Below, in pieces: positions 24,152 through 37,743 of a stretch of DNA of 64,000 bases (positions are counted from its first letter, which is position 1; each line of letters starts with the position of its first letter). The translations under genes and the position numbers were made by a program. The stretch is from Toensbergia leucococca (taxonomy: Eukaryota), in the NCBI GenBank assembly GCA_022813965.1, contig JALDZS010000049.1, forward strand, positions 1-64,000, written 5' to 3'. The notes below the pieces were generated by a model. It was not told the DNA's origin, ran no database searches, and worked only from the letters and a program-made list of their open reading frames with translations.

Positions 24152-26439
24152 ATGAGCGAGGGAGCAAACAAACCTCCTGTGGTGACTGAAGCACACAACG
24201 TCGATACTTTCCATGTTCCAGAGCAATTTTACAAGTCAGTCCTATTACACACTCCTAGTTGGAATTCTGACAGCTGGTGGAGTAGAAAATTTACAGACCC
24301 CGTAGGAAGCATCCAACAGCGCCGCACCTCGGAAGTCTTCAAGCCTATCAGGAGCTCTATCGTGAATCCATCGAAGACCCTCACAAATTCTGGGGCAAGC
24401 TCGCACGTGAACTACTAACGTGGGAGCGAGATTTTCAAACCGTGCATTCTGGTTCCTTTGCTAACGGCGACAATGCCTGGTTTCTCGAAGGCCGTCTCAA
24501 TGCATCCTATAATTGCGTAGACCGTCATGCCATCCGTAAACCGGACAAGCCAGCCATCATCTACGAAGCTGATGAACCTAACGAGGGTCGTATCATTACG
24601 TACGGAGAACTCCTCCGAGAGGTATCAAGACTTGCATATGTTCTCAAACAGATGGGTGTCAAGAAAGGGGATACAGTTGCCATCTATTTGCCTATGATAC
24701 CCGAAGCTGTGATAGCCTTCCTCGCCTGCACTCGCATTGGTGCTGTACATTCGGTGGTTTTCGCTGGCTTTTCGTCAGATTCCTTACGTGACCGTGTTAT
24801 CGATGCACAATCCAAAGTGGTCATCACTAGTGATGAGGGCAAGCGAGGGGGTAAGGTAATAGGGACCAAAAAGATTGTTGACGATGCCTTGAAGCAATGC
24901 CCAGACGTCACTCACTGCTTGGTATTCAAACGCACTGGTGCCGACGTTCCCTGGACCAAGAGTCGAGATTGGTGGTGGCACGAAGAGGTCGAGAAATACC
25001 CAAACTATATTGCCCCAGAGTCGATGAGTTCGGAAGATCCTCTTTTCCTGCTTTATACTTCCGGATCGACAGGTAAACCGAAAGGGGTGATGCATACCAC
25101 TGCTGGGTATCTACTGGGCGCAGCCTCGACTGGCAAGTATGTCTTTGATATCCACGAAAGTGACAAATTCTTCTGTGGTGGCGACGTTGGCTGGATCACT
25201 GGCCACACATATGTGGTGTATGCGCCTTTGCTTCTAGGAATTGCTACTGTTGTCTTTGAAGGGACTCCAGCTTATCCTAACTTTTCCCGCTATTGGGAGG
25301 TTATTGATAAGCATGAGGTGACGCAGTTCTACGTTGCACCAACAGCCTTAAGATTACTGAAGCGGGCTGGTGATTCTCACACCAAGCATCCAATGAAACA
25401 CCTCAGAGTTTTGGGCTCTGTTGGGGAACCAATTGCTGCTGAGGTTTGGAAATGGTATTTCGAGACTGTTGGAAAGGAGGAAGCCCATGTTGTAGATGTA
25501 AGTCGACGAAGCATTCGCGTACAACGTTGTATATGCTGACCACACCGCAGACATACTGGCAGACGGAAACCGGATCACATGTCATTACGCCGCTTGGGGG
25601 AGTCACGCCGACAAAACCTGGTAGTGCATCCTTACCATTCTTTGGTATTGAACCTGCAATCATCGACCCTGTCTCGGGTGAAGAGATCCATGGCAATGAT
25701 GTGGAGGGTGTCTTGGCAATTAAGCAACCATGGCCAAGCATGGCTCGCACGGTCTGGGGTGCTCACAAGAGATATATGGACACGTATCTTAACGTTTACA
25801 AGGGGTACTATGTGAGTATACCCCATACCCATGGCCTCAGTCCGTAAGCTGCTTACTGAAATCAGTTTACTGGTGACGGGGCTGGCCGTGATCATGAGGG
25901 GTACTACTGGATCAGGGGCCGTGTTGATGACGTGGTAAACGTCTCTGGCCACAGGCTTTCAACCGCGGAGATTGAGGCAGCACTTATCGAGCATCGTAAG
26001 CCAAGACCTTGTGAATACCGTGGCGCCTTGCTAATTAGATGAAGACCAAGTTGCCGAAGCGGCTGTCGTGGGGATAAGTGATGAGCTTACCGGTCAAGCC
26101 GTAAATGCTTTTGTGTCGCTCAAGGATGGCAATGAGACAAACGATCAGATACGTAAAGATCTAGTTACCCAGGTTCGAAAGTCGATTGGACCCTTTGCAG
26201 CACCCAAGGCAGTCTTCATTGTCGATGACCTCCCAAAGACTAGATCTGGCAAGATCATGAGACGGATCTTGCGCAAGATTTTATCGGGAGAAGAGGATTC
26301 TCTAGGAGATATCTCAACTGTAAGTTGACCAACAGAGTAAATTGCCCGAGTAAGAGGGAGCTAACCATCAAGCCAGCTTTCGGACCCCAGTGTTGTAGAT
26401 ACAATCATCAAGATCGTCCAGTCGTCACGAAAGAAGTAG
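24152..26439 (+). CDS. facA: Acetyl-CoA synthetase; multi-exon
   Basis: [15 protein letters not shown]-binding motif, [28 protein letters not shown] and [12 protein letters not shown]. Confidence 0.95.
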
Positions 26440-27283
26440 AGAAAAGAGGCACTTGGGCAGTTGTATGAAGTATGGGTTAAATGCGATCATCTCTTTTGGT
26501 CTAAGAGGCGTTATGCATTTCGGAGTGTTGTAATAGGTCTATTTTATTCAGGTAGGCGAGAACAGCGATATTGTTGATCTCCAGAAAGAATGTGGCTATT
26601 GAAAATGGATACTTGATAGTGAACGACGATGTGTACGAGTACACGGAATCAATAGGAATAGGTAGTGAGGCAAGAATAGTCACCATACCTTACTGATGTT
26701 CGCGCTGCCAAGTGTTTCGTTGAAGGAATCTGAGACAGATCTGATTTGTTGTACTCATATCTTGACGAGTACTCGTACTTTGAAGTACTGTTGGTTCGAA
26801 TCTGTCAAGGCTGAAGCAAGTCACGAGCTAATCTATGGCCAAGTTGGGGCAAGCGTTGATTAGAATAGAATGGCCGAGGAACCCTGCACCGTTCCTGTTG
26901 CCCCCCCTCCCTCATAACAATAATTGATCCTGTGAGGGCTGAAATCAATCCACTACTTCCCCTCGTTCACCGCCCTACATACTAATATTCTCTCCCTGCC
27001 TACATAGACGTGCTGGGTAACAGAGCTTTTCTCAAGCCTCCACATAGGCTTTTCGTTCGTTTCATTCGACCACATACTCGTACCTATTCTTCAAGAGGAT
27101 TACTCGGCATCGCCTTCCAAAAACACATCCCATCCGTGTGAGTCCCAAAGGCCGCTTGGCTCATCATTATTCTTGTCGTTCAGTCCCAATAGCTTCCGAG
27201 AGAACGCTTGAATGTGGGGCCTGGTCTTGTTCTATCCAAGCTTCTGACTGAGATACCTTCATCGTCAAAACAAGCTTCTTGAT

Positions 27284-29765
27284 ATGCAACTGCCGTGGCC
27301 ATGGCTAGCGACTTTCAGTGTTCTTTTCCTGTCATTTCCAAATGCGCACGGTAATATCTCCCGTCATGGCTTTTTGTTTTCGAGTCTACGCTAAAGAGTC
27401 CTTTCAGCAGGTTCTCAAAGTAGAAACCCTCTGAATTACCTATCTCTCGTTCAGGATCCTGAGATACAGACAACATCACATCGTGTACACTCTTCATCTC
27501 GCTTTGACCTTGAGTTCACTTTAAATGAGGGCCAGGAACGGATTAAGCTTAGCCTTGAACCAAATCATGACATTCTTGCAGACGGTGCTTCAGTGGATTA
27601 TCTTGATGTGGCTGGCAACGTGATTAGGACTGACTCAATTGTACGGAATGACCACAAAGTTTTCAAGGGGCATACATGGATACAGGAATACGAAGGAGAA
27701 TGGCTCAATGCTGGATGGGCAAGAATTGTGGTTCGGAGGGATGGTATTGACCCGTTATTCGAAGGCGCCTTTAGTATCGTGCACGACCATCACCATATCC
27801 AGCTGTACTCCAATTATATGTCAACCAAGCATGAGCTAGATCCTGATTTGGAGCACAGCGATGACGAATATATGCTCATTTTCCGAGACTCAGACATCGG
27901 TCGGGCACGCCACAACGATCTGAGGCGATCAGAGGGTCAGGGCGTTTCTTGTTCTGCACATCGATTAAAATTCAACACGAATCCGACGCATCCTGTGTTT
28001 GCATCTCTAGGAAAGCGAAACATGGGATTTTGGGGCACTACACCCGTCAATTCTCTGTTTGGAAAAAGACAAATCGATACCAATGGCATACCTAGCGGAG
28101 GTAACTCTGGCAGTGTAAACCTGAAATCAACCATCGGTAACTCGGCGGGGTGCCCGACGACTCGAAAAGTGGCACTGATAGGTGTTGCTACGGATTGCGG
28201 TTACACTTCATCATTCAATTCATCGGATAGTGCACGGCAAAACGTCATTACTCAAATCAATTCTGCTTCAGGTCTATATGAGAAGACTTTTAATATTACC
28301 CTCGGGCTTCAGAACCTGACCGTCAGCGACAGTAGTTGCCCCGGGAATGCGTCCCCAGCTACGCCGTGGAATAGTGGCTGTGGAGGAAATACAACCATCA
28401 CAGATCGCCTGAATACTTTTTCAGAGTGGCGAGGCAACAGGAACGACACCAACGCCTACTGGACTCTTCTGACTGCCTGCAACACCGGTGCGGAAGTTGG
28501 TCTGGCATGGCTCGGGCAAGCTTGCGTCACTGACGTCAACCAAGCTGATGGAGAGGTTGTCAGCGGTGCTAACGTTGTGGCAAGGACTTCGACTGAATGG
28601 CAAGTCATTGCTCATGAATCTGGACATACTTTTGGTGCAGTCCATGACTGCGACAGTCAAACATGTAGTGATGGAACATCTGTTAATGCTCAGCAATGTT
28701 GTCCACTCAGTACGTCGACTTGCGATGCCGGAGCGCAGTATATCATGAACCCATCGACAGGTCAAGGGATCACGCAGTTCAGTGAGTGCACGATAGGCAA
28801 TGTCTGCTCAGCTATTGGTCGCAATAGTGTCAATACATCCTGCCTTTCTGACAACAAAGGTGTTACTACAATTTCTGGTGGTCAATGTGGCAACGGTATC
28901 GTGGAGGAAGGCGAAGAATGTGACTGTGGGGGCACTGCGAGTTGCGGCAACAATCAGTGCTGTGATCCTACGACTTGTAAATTCAAGAACAATGCTGTGT
29001 GCGATGACTCGAATGAGGACTGCTGCAAAGGTTGCCAATTCGCTACTTCAGGCACAGTCTGCAGAACCAGCACCGGAATCTGCGATCCACAAGAAACCTG
29101 TTCCGGCATGAATGCCACATGCCCGCCCGATCAAACGGCTCCTAACGGTCAAGCCTGTGGAAATAGCACCACACAGCTTCAGTGTGCTAGTGGCCAATGC
29201 ACGTCAAGAGATCAGCAGTGCAAAACTCTGATGGGATCCTTCACGACCAAAAACGATACTTATGCCTGCGATAGTGAAGGTTGCACTTTGTCGTGTGCCT
29301 CACCCGAATTTGGACCTGGGACATGTTACAGCATGCAGCAGAACTTCTTGGATGGTACACCCTGCGGTGGAGGAGGCAAATGTTCAAACGTAAGTTCTCA
29401 CAGCACTATCTTGTTGGATCTTATTTGACCATTACTGAAAAATCACTATTCAGGGCAACTGCAAAGGCTCTTCCCCAGTCAAGGAAGTCAGTTCGTGGAT
29501 TGACGATAACAAACCCCTAGTTATTGGTATCGCCTCTGCTATCGGCGGTTTGCTTGTTCTTGCTATCCTCGGATGCTGCGTTCGGCGATGCAGGCAGCCT
29601 AGACGAGTTCGAAGGCAGCAGCCTGGTCCTGCACCAATGCGGCAACCATGGGGTCCAGGAGGTTCGACGGATTGGGGCGGCGATGGTGTTAATGGCTATT
29701 GGCAGCATCCGCCGCCGCCGCTACCACCGCAGGCTTACATGCAGCCGAGTGTGCGGTACGCATAG
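27284..29765 (+). CDS. Fungal ADAM metalloprotease (ADM-B type): signal peptide, prodomain, reprolysin, disintegrin, Cys-rich, TM; introns at about 27351-27407 and about 29390-29453
   Basis: HESGHTFGAVHD zinc motif, Met-turn YIMNP, CGNGIVEEGEECDCG, a TM segment LVIGIASAIGGLLVLAILGCC, and a Pro-rich tail. Confidence 0.92.
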
Positions 29766-30492
29766 TGTCCTGAAGCGAGCATTGAATGGTGTTGACGGAT
29801 CGGTCACGGTGTCCTTGAGAGTTCCAAATCTGCTGATCGAGTAATTGACCTGTTACTTTTTGGAAGTGGCGGGACTAGTGCGGCTCGAATAAAAGACATC
29901 ATATGGGTTTGGTGCATGTAATGATGATGCAGCGACTTGACGAGAGATACTTAGATTATCCCTGATCCTTATATATGTACGGAAGGACGAATCTGGTCTT
30001 GACCGTTCCAGATACGAAGAATCTCTTTAAACCATTAATACTGATGTTCGAAAAGGCAACTTGGCAGTTTCAATCGAAGGACTCGACCGTGTCAAATGAC
30101 TTGCTTGCCCTATTGACTAGAGCTGATTGCCGCACGAGAGCCATGGCCCAGACACATTCTGTACAACATGACCTAATGAGTACGCAAGTACGTCGACTCT
30201 AGTCCTAAGAAGGCTGAGATTGTCGGATGTCAACTGTCTTATACCCAAGACGACGCGGTGTCAGGAGTTTTGGGTGTTCGGAGAAGAGCGAATCGCGTGA
30301 ACAAGCGTCTGCCTCATGTGCCACGGCCGGGAAGCTTTTCAAGTACGCTCAATGGAAACCGATTTGAGATATGCTTGGTACCTAGTGGATGTGTATGTAA
30401 TACGACTGGAAACACGCCCGTAGTGGGATGAATTTCAATGCCCCTTGATGTGCTGCTCTGTCTAGATGATACTCCAGGAGGAAAGACCGCAA

Positions 30493-31423
30493 TCATAGTG
30501 CGCGTTCCAGCCACCTCTCCCACCACCGCCTGACGCCCAGCACGGCCGCTCTGCCATCGTCTCGCCCGTCTTTCCCGTCCGGATCTCCCAGGATGGCAGC
30601 ATAGAACCAGAATGCCGCTGCCACCCAAGCTGATAAGGCTATCCCCACAGCATAGACTGGTGACAGAAGATGAACAAGGATAAGCATCGAGACATTGCTG
30701 TGGTCAGTGTTGGGTTCGGTGGAAGAGTAAGCGAGACGGAGCTGGAGATGGAGGGCTGGATAGAGGAAATGGTGGACAGCGCTGCACAAGGGGAGGTGGG
30801 CTATGTAGAAGCAGAAGGGGAAAAAGAGGAGGAGGGAAATGAGGGTTAGAAAGGTGTAGATGGTGATTAGAAGAGAGAAGATGGGGGATAATAGAGAAAG
30901 GTAGATCTACGAAGTAGGGATTTATTAGTAGAGCCGGAAATGTGATTTCCATTCATGAGAAGCGGAAACTCACCAAAATCCTCAAAGGGTGCTCTTCCGG
31001 ATTCAAGTCTTCCCCTGGAGACTCATGGTACTTGCGGGCAATGGCTGTAGGGTAAGAGTAGTCTTGCAAAGCCACATGGGGGCTAGGATCGAATGCTGTC
31101 TGCTGCAAGGGACGCTTCTCTCGATCAATGACCTTGACTACCGCCGAGGTCTTCGCCTGCCCATGTTCCGAATGCCTATCACAGATTGCATTTTGAGATT
31201 CGGAATTGGACCTCGCGGACAGTGGAGACAGCGGTCCCGGAGACTTTGCGGCGCATACAAGCGATGATGCGCTCCCACACACTCTTCCTTCTCGCGGTGC
31301 TTCTACAGCGTATTCGGATAAAACGGGTGACGTTTGACGCTCGGTGGGTTTCGAAAGCGTGTTATTGAGTGCAGAGGAGGTATCCAAAGGGTCATTTGAC
31401 GGTTTTGTGGCTACATCCAGCAT
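30493..31423 (-). CDS. Hypothetical fungal membrane protein; exons 31423-30974 and 30906-30493
   Basis: An in-frame GTGAGT..CTAAT..TAG intron, several hydrophobic helices, and C-terminal ILGDPDG...DDGRAAVLGVRRWWERWL. Confidence 0.7.
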
Positions 31424-32253
31424 GACGATGGCAGGTGTTTCGTTATCTCGATATGCTCAACGCTCGGAGAAAAGCGACAAGAGAAACAGACAGTGCAAAG
31501 AGGTAGATACAGGAGGAAAGACGGGGACAGACTTTGGCCCATGGTTTTGCAGGCTTCCATATTGGCGCTCTTGGCCAACAGCCCAAAAGGCTTGGAGGTC
31601 TTGGTCTTCTTGGCGCCAACTTGGACGGTGGGAGGGTGGATACCGTAGTGAACAGAAGATACTAATAGACACTCTACAATATGAATCATGTGTCGTGTCA
31701 CCCCGTGAGTAATTGAGATACTTATGTTTGCCCGTTACTGAATCAACTTCTTCTCGCGGCATACCTCAAGTCTTATCTAACCAACGAGCCAACCAAGTCT
31801 ATATGGCTAAAGATACAAAACAGCTCTTTCGAGCTCTCATAACTTGTTATATAGGTGCAAAGCAAACGCTCCGAGCTATGCCTGTTTCCATCCCCGAAGA
31901 CTCTGTTCATGTCCCGCAACCACTACCGCCTCACCTTCCCGGCCTGCTTCACCCGTATCCTCAGGACTCTGCTTCATCTCTCGACGTCCCTCACCAACTA
32001 CAGTCAGCCTCCACCACCCGTTCAGACCCCAACTCGGCTTCCCGCCTAGCTCTTTCGTACCTCTTTCCAAGAGCTCTCTCTACCTGCACCGGAGTTGCAA
32101 TAATGCACCTTTCTATCACGACTCATGTTGGACCGCCAAATTCCAAAACTTCAAATCTATGAAAGCGCCCCTGAGAAGCTGTAATTGATCGCGTTAACGC
32201 GGTCCCGGTGGCGGGAGAAAGCCCTGTGTGGCTCAGCTATCGAAGCATCATCT

Positions 32254-35080
32254 TCAACTCTGCGCCTCGATTTTGGTCGGCCCATTCATCATACCGCGCT
32301 GTGGTGTGCTTCGGCCACCCGATCCCCCGATTCGTTTCTCATCCTCTCCTTCTTCGTCATAATCCTCGTCTACTTCCATTTTTCGTGCAGCTGCCTCATA
32401 AGCTTCACGTCGATCATCGCGTGGTGCGTCTATACTGGAAGGAAGATGATCCTGCGCTTGATGCATTGAAGGTAGCAATGGTGGATGGTGGGCTGCTTCT
32501 GAAGGGTGGTAGTTTTCATTTGTGCGTCGCACATCTTCACGCCGGACCTCCGACGAGCCTCGGGAGTGCCCATCGCGCGGCGACGGAATTCTATCTGGTG
32601 GAGATGCACGGTGATGATGGTGGTCTTCTAACCTGCTCCGATTTTCACCGTTCGCAGGTTTTTTGTGCATGGCCTTGTAATCTTCCTCGCCTTCGAGCAT
32701 ACGTTTGAATCCATTCGCTGGCCGATCGTCTCTTTCGCGCGCGGCAGCTTCGGCTGCGGCCAGTGCTGCTGTAGGCGGAGGTGCACCCGCGGCGATACCG
32801 CCGGGCGCAGATGGGTTGGGATGATGTTGATAATGTTGGTGCGGATAACTCGGCCCAGCTGGCGAGGGTATCCTGTCATCAGTGATTGGCCTTATCTCCG
32901 GCGGAGGACTATTTCCACGCCCATAAGGAGGCATAGGGCCTGGCCCGCCAGCGCCCCCGTTTGGAGGGATGCCAACACCTGCGTTTGGGGCACCGTAATT
33001 CGGATTTGTGATGCGGTTGGGCGCAGGCTGTTGTGGTTGAGGAGGCGCTGGCTGGGGTAACCCTTGCGGGCCTGGGTACGAACTGGGTACTAGATGAGTC
33101 ATCTTAGGCGATGGTGAAGGTCTTCGAACAGGTGTGTGCCGATTCTGTTCTTGGTACTGCCTCATCTGCTCTTGACGAGGACTTAGCTGTCTAGGCGCAT
33201 GTGACGGTCGTAAGCCGTCGCGTTGGTCATAAGGATTTGGAGGCTGTGGCTGAGGGTGCTGTATCTCGGCCAGACGTCGACTCCAGTCGTGAGTCGCACC
33301 AGGAGGCGCAGGCCCGGCTTGCGGTCCAGGTGCAGGACCTGGCACACCCCATTGGGGGCCGGGGGGTGCTCCAACGCCAGCGGCCTGATACTGCTGGGGA
33401 TGCACGTCTTGCGGCATTGGAGCACTATGCTGATTTGGCATGCCAGTGGATTGGCCACCGTTACGGAGTAGCGACAACCGCGCCTTGATGTGGACGTTAA
33501 GCGGATCGAGGTCAGCTGCACGTTGGTAGGCATCTAGAGCATCCGCGGTCTGATTGTTGCAAGACTCGTACTATGGAGGATTCAGTCTCATTCTTTATCA
33601 AACAGATCAAACAGGCGAGTGGGGGCAAACATACCAGTGTACCAAGGTCGTACCAGACTTCGGAGATATAAGGATTCAAACGGATCGCTCGGGAATATGC
33701 ATCGAGGGCATCGCGATACTGATTGATTTGGTAGTACAGAACGCCGATTGAGCACCAGAATGTAGGATTGCGGCCATCTCGGTACACTGCTTGCTGATAT
33801 GCCTCATATGCCTTTGAGTATTTCTGCTGTGACATATAACATCGACCGAGTAGATACCAGCTCTGCGCATCCGAATTATCTGGCACCAATGTCAATGTTG
33901 TGTAGGGAGCCTTGGTGCATATTGAATAATGCTTACCTGAGCTAACAGATTTCTCCAAGTAATCGATTGCTTGCTCTTGGCTGCTGAAGCTTTGGCTTTC
34001 CTGGTGATGCAGCCATCCGAGTTGCTGAAGAACCTTGGCGTGATTTGGATCTCTGTCAAGCACCCGCCGGTAGGCATTTTTGGCAGAATCGTACTAAGAT
34101 AGCCTCAGTTATTTAAGCGCTATTGGGATAGGATGTGCTTCTTACATCTTTTTGTTGTTCGTGGACATGACCTATTTGAAACCATATGTCCTCCTCGGTC
34201 AACGGCCTAGGAGGATTCGTAACAATATACTTGAAGCACTGCATAGACGATCAGCAGAACGTATCGCACAACAAAGACTATATCCTACCTCTAGACTCTG
34301 GCTGTATTTTTGCTGTTGTTTGTAGATTATGCCTAGGCGAAAATATATTTCGTTTGCTTTTTCAAAGTCGGGTTGCATACGCATGACTTGCGAGAAGGCC
34401 TCCTCTGCATGCTCGAGCGAGCCATAGCGATCGTACAGAATACCAATGCCATACCAAAGCTTAGGTTCCTGCAATTGTTGGATCAGCCAGAAAGGAAAAC
34501 CGTTGGAAATGCTCACCTTTGGATCTCGTAAGTGATACAAGGCTTGTTGGTATGCTGCATAAGCCTGCTGAAGATCCTCCATCATGAGATAGCAATGGCC
34601 TTGTACATTTTTAGTTTAGATTTTCGACAAAATGAGATCTGGTTTCTTACCGAGGCTGCCCCATACTTCGCCATTACTCGCGTCCAATTTGAGTATTCCA
34701 TTCAGGTACTCGACAGCTCTTGGAAAATGCTCTTTTGTTCGGAGAATGCAGGATATGGAGTTCATTGCTTGAATTGAGTATTGATTGTGGCGTAAGGCTT
34801 GTTCGTAAGCGCCCACTGCGCCATCTAAGTCGCCCTGAAGCTCGCTTGCATTGCCTGGCACAGATATTAGACCAAGAGCATCACCGGAGGTGTTCGGGTA
34901 ATCGCGCAACATACCTATAATCAGCCATACAGTTTCATTAAGTTGAGTCAGATGTTGAGGAGTAATTTTGTGATGGCCCTGCGTTGGCATATGACCATTG
35001 ACTTGGGGATGAGAAATTGGTGGGCCATGATGCAGATGCAATCCACTAGGTGGAGATGGCTGCGCAAGATGACTTGCCAT
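32254..35080 (-). CDS. SSN6: General transcriptional corepressor Ssn6/Cyc8 (TPR repeats plus a Pro/Gln-rich tail); multi-exon
   Basis: TPR motifs AYQQALYHLRDPK, EPKLWYGIGILYDRYG, AYQQAVYRDGRNPTFWCSIGVLYY and EVWYDLGTL. Confidence 0.95.
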
Positions 35081-37149
35081 AGAGCTGGAGTGTTCAAATC
35101 AAGAGCTTAGCCGCCGATGTGCTTTTCGTTGGCAAAAGATCTGCCTTGGATAAGGTATGATGAGAAGCTTTAGGGCAGGAAATACTTGAGCGAAGAGAGA
35201 GCAATGGCGATTTTATTGTGTCTCGGCTTCAAGTGAGCGAGAATTTAAAGGGCGAGAAATCAAGGAGATTGATGACAGAATGGGACGGGGAACGTTGCGT
35301 CTGCGAGGCGTCCAACAGCCCTTGTTATTCCCTCCAGGCAATCACTTCCTGTAGGGTGTTGAAAAGCTTGATTGGATCTCGAGTGGTTCTTAGTAGTTTC
35401 AAAGTAGTTGATCACTTGAAGGTCAAGAGCAAGGGTCGCAGTAATGGAGAAATATAAATTGAATATCGAAGCTTGAGGAGGGCAGTTTCTCCAATCTTGT
35501 TATGACATCAAAAAAATGTAAAAGTTTGGGCGCGCGGGAAGGCTTTCAGACACGTGGTGGATGAACGAAGCGTCAGGGCCTCATGGGATATCGAGGGGTT
35601 TTGGTTGCAGGGTGGCAGTTCGGATGAGATGAAAAGCGACGTTTGGGGACGGAGAAAGAGGAGCGGGCTCAGGCGTGCAACAGCAGCGAGCTAGTGGTAA
35701 TTCACCCCGTGAAGGCTTGGTGAGATTAGGAGCAGCATCCCTGGTTGTATCCCTGCTCGATGGCGTTGGTGGTGTCAGTGATCCCGGCCCTAGACTTAAT
35801 CATCGCTCGTTAAGAAGATCTTTGCCGAGACCTATCAGCGGGAAGTAACACCTGTAGCGCACAACTCACAGCATGAGGAAACGAGGAAACGAGGAAACGA
35901 GGGAAAGGGGCTGACATGATGATGTGACAAATACACAGCGGACTGCACTGACTTACGATGAGGCTCTTACTCTCTTTATAGCATATCCTTATCATTTTTA
36001 GTTCAACCTAATTAATAAATAGCTTTTCTCGTAGGCTGTCATGGCTGTTTTACCTTTGATCTGATGTCCACATTGACGTACGTATCATCACGGTCGAGGA
36101 TATGATCAGGCACTACCTACTTTGACCAGGTTAGATGACAAGGCAACCCGTGAGCCTGTACGATGTCTGTTGTGGCCCTTGTGGGTGGACGCCTTTTCCC
36201 GCAAAACAGACGCGACCGCCTTAGCAACGACTGACGGGACATTTGCCTGCGTCCTGCAAGCCACAATCCATAGGCGCATATCCAAGGTAGTCAGACAGGA
36301 CGTAGAATCAGACTAGTGAGTCCCATTACGTGAGACCCTAGGCCGACGAAGGAATTCAAACTTCCCCGATCTGCCGGCCGCCCGTGGTTGTGCTACATGC
36401 CTGCATTGTGCTGTGGGTGGTTGAGCTAACGGCGATCACCCATCTGATGCTGACGGGCCTTGGGCGGTTGCAATGTGGGTATACCTGATGCCTGGAGGAC
36501 GATCAAATGATTGTGCACCTGATGATAGCATAGTATGCAACCCTGCTTGTCATATCTTTACCTGCAGTATGGGAAGGTAAGCTATTCTCTTTATGTATCA
36601 CGTACATGAGCCTCAAGCAGTTGAAGATTCACCAGGGTGAGATCATTATTACGCGCCATTGTGGGACTGCACCACATGAACGTGGCGTCGACGAAACCCA
36701 TGGTGGGGCTGAAGTACCTTGTGTGTCTCAAAAATTTGACAGGAGCTTGACAATATTCTATTTAGACTTCCGCATCTACGAATACTCCGCGCATGTTTTA
36801 TTCACTCTGGGGACGATGGCTTGTATGCAACCTTGCCTCAAGCTTGCTTCTACTTGTATAAGTAAATTTAAATTCCTCCGCCGTGCGCATGGGCTATTAG
36901 TATGTCCATAAATCGTAGACATCAATCACATCGCTCCTCATGAAATGAAAAATCTCTTTCCTGCTGAGAGTCGGATTCAGCTGTTCAAGACCTTTATTTC
37001 CAACGACCAAGGTGGAAAATAAAATGAAACAAACCAAGGTTGCCCATCATGCCTGATTACCTTGGTATCTCATAGACTAGTACAGAGGGGTTCTGTAGCT
37101 GGTGTAATACATGGCTCATGTGAAGAAACACCTGATTGTGAATAATCGG

Positions 37150-37743
37150 GGCTCCTGCTATTGCGACACCCCTTCTTGCTACATCGACACCCCCCGCCCC
37201 ACCCCACCATACCCAATTAGGCATTAGTGAGGCCCCGGGCGCAAGTTCACTGAGGGAAATGTTATCATTCTGCACCACATCTTGACTCGATTCCCTACCA
37301 CTTCGCAAGCCAAATTACCTACGAGAAAAATCATGCTTTTGTACCACGACCTGACTTGATTCCCTCACCCTCCAGGCGCACGATCACCCCCCGGTCGCAA
37401 AAACATCATGATTTTGCAAGCTATCTACCTCATTTCAAAATCATGAAATACTCTATTATCCACAGGAAATTGAGGCAGAATGGGGCGCGAAAATTGAGTC
37501 GGAATTGGGTGGGAAATTGAGTCGCAATGAGGTGGGAAATTATGAAGATTCCCTAGGTAATTTGGCTTGTAGATGGCACGCAATTGGAACAGGTAATTGA
37601 CTTGCAAAGTGGTAGAGAATCGAGGTAGAATGTAGTGTAGAATGATAACATTTCCCTCGGTGATATCGCGCCCGGGCCCTAATCGGGTATGGTGGCGGGG
37701 GGTTGTTGATGTAGCAAGAAGGGGTGTCGCAATAGCAGGAGCC
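37150..37743. mobile_element. 594-bp non-autonomous DNA transposon (MITE) with long TIRs and an 8-bp TSD
   Basis: The first 36 bp (GGCTCCTGCTATTGCGACACCCCTTCTTGCTACATC) are perfectly inverted at 37708-37743. Imperfect inversion extends about 170-190 bp. The element is flanked by the direct repeat ATAATCGG at 37142-37149 and 37744-37751. No transposase is encoded. Confidence 0.93.

Noticed and set aside
31713..32188. 149-aa and 114-aa plus-strand ORFs between the hypothetical gene and SSN6
   Set aside because: They show no family motifs and have non-ATG starts. The region is likely UTR or promoter.
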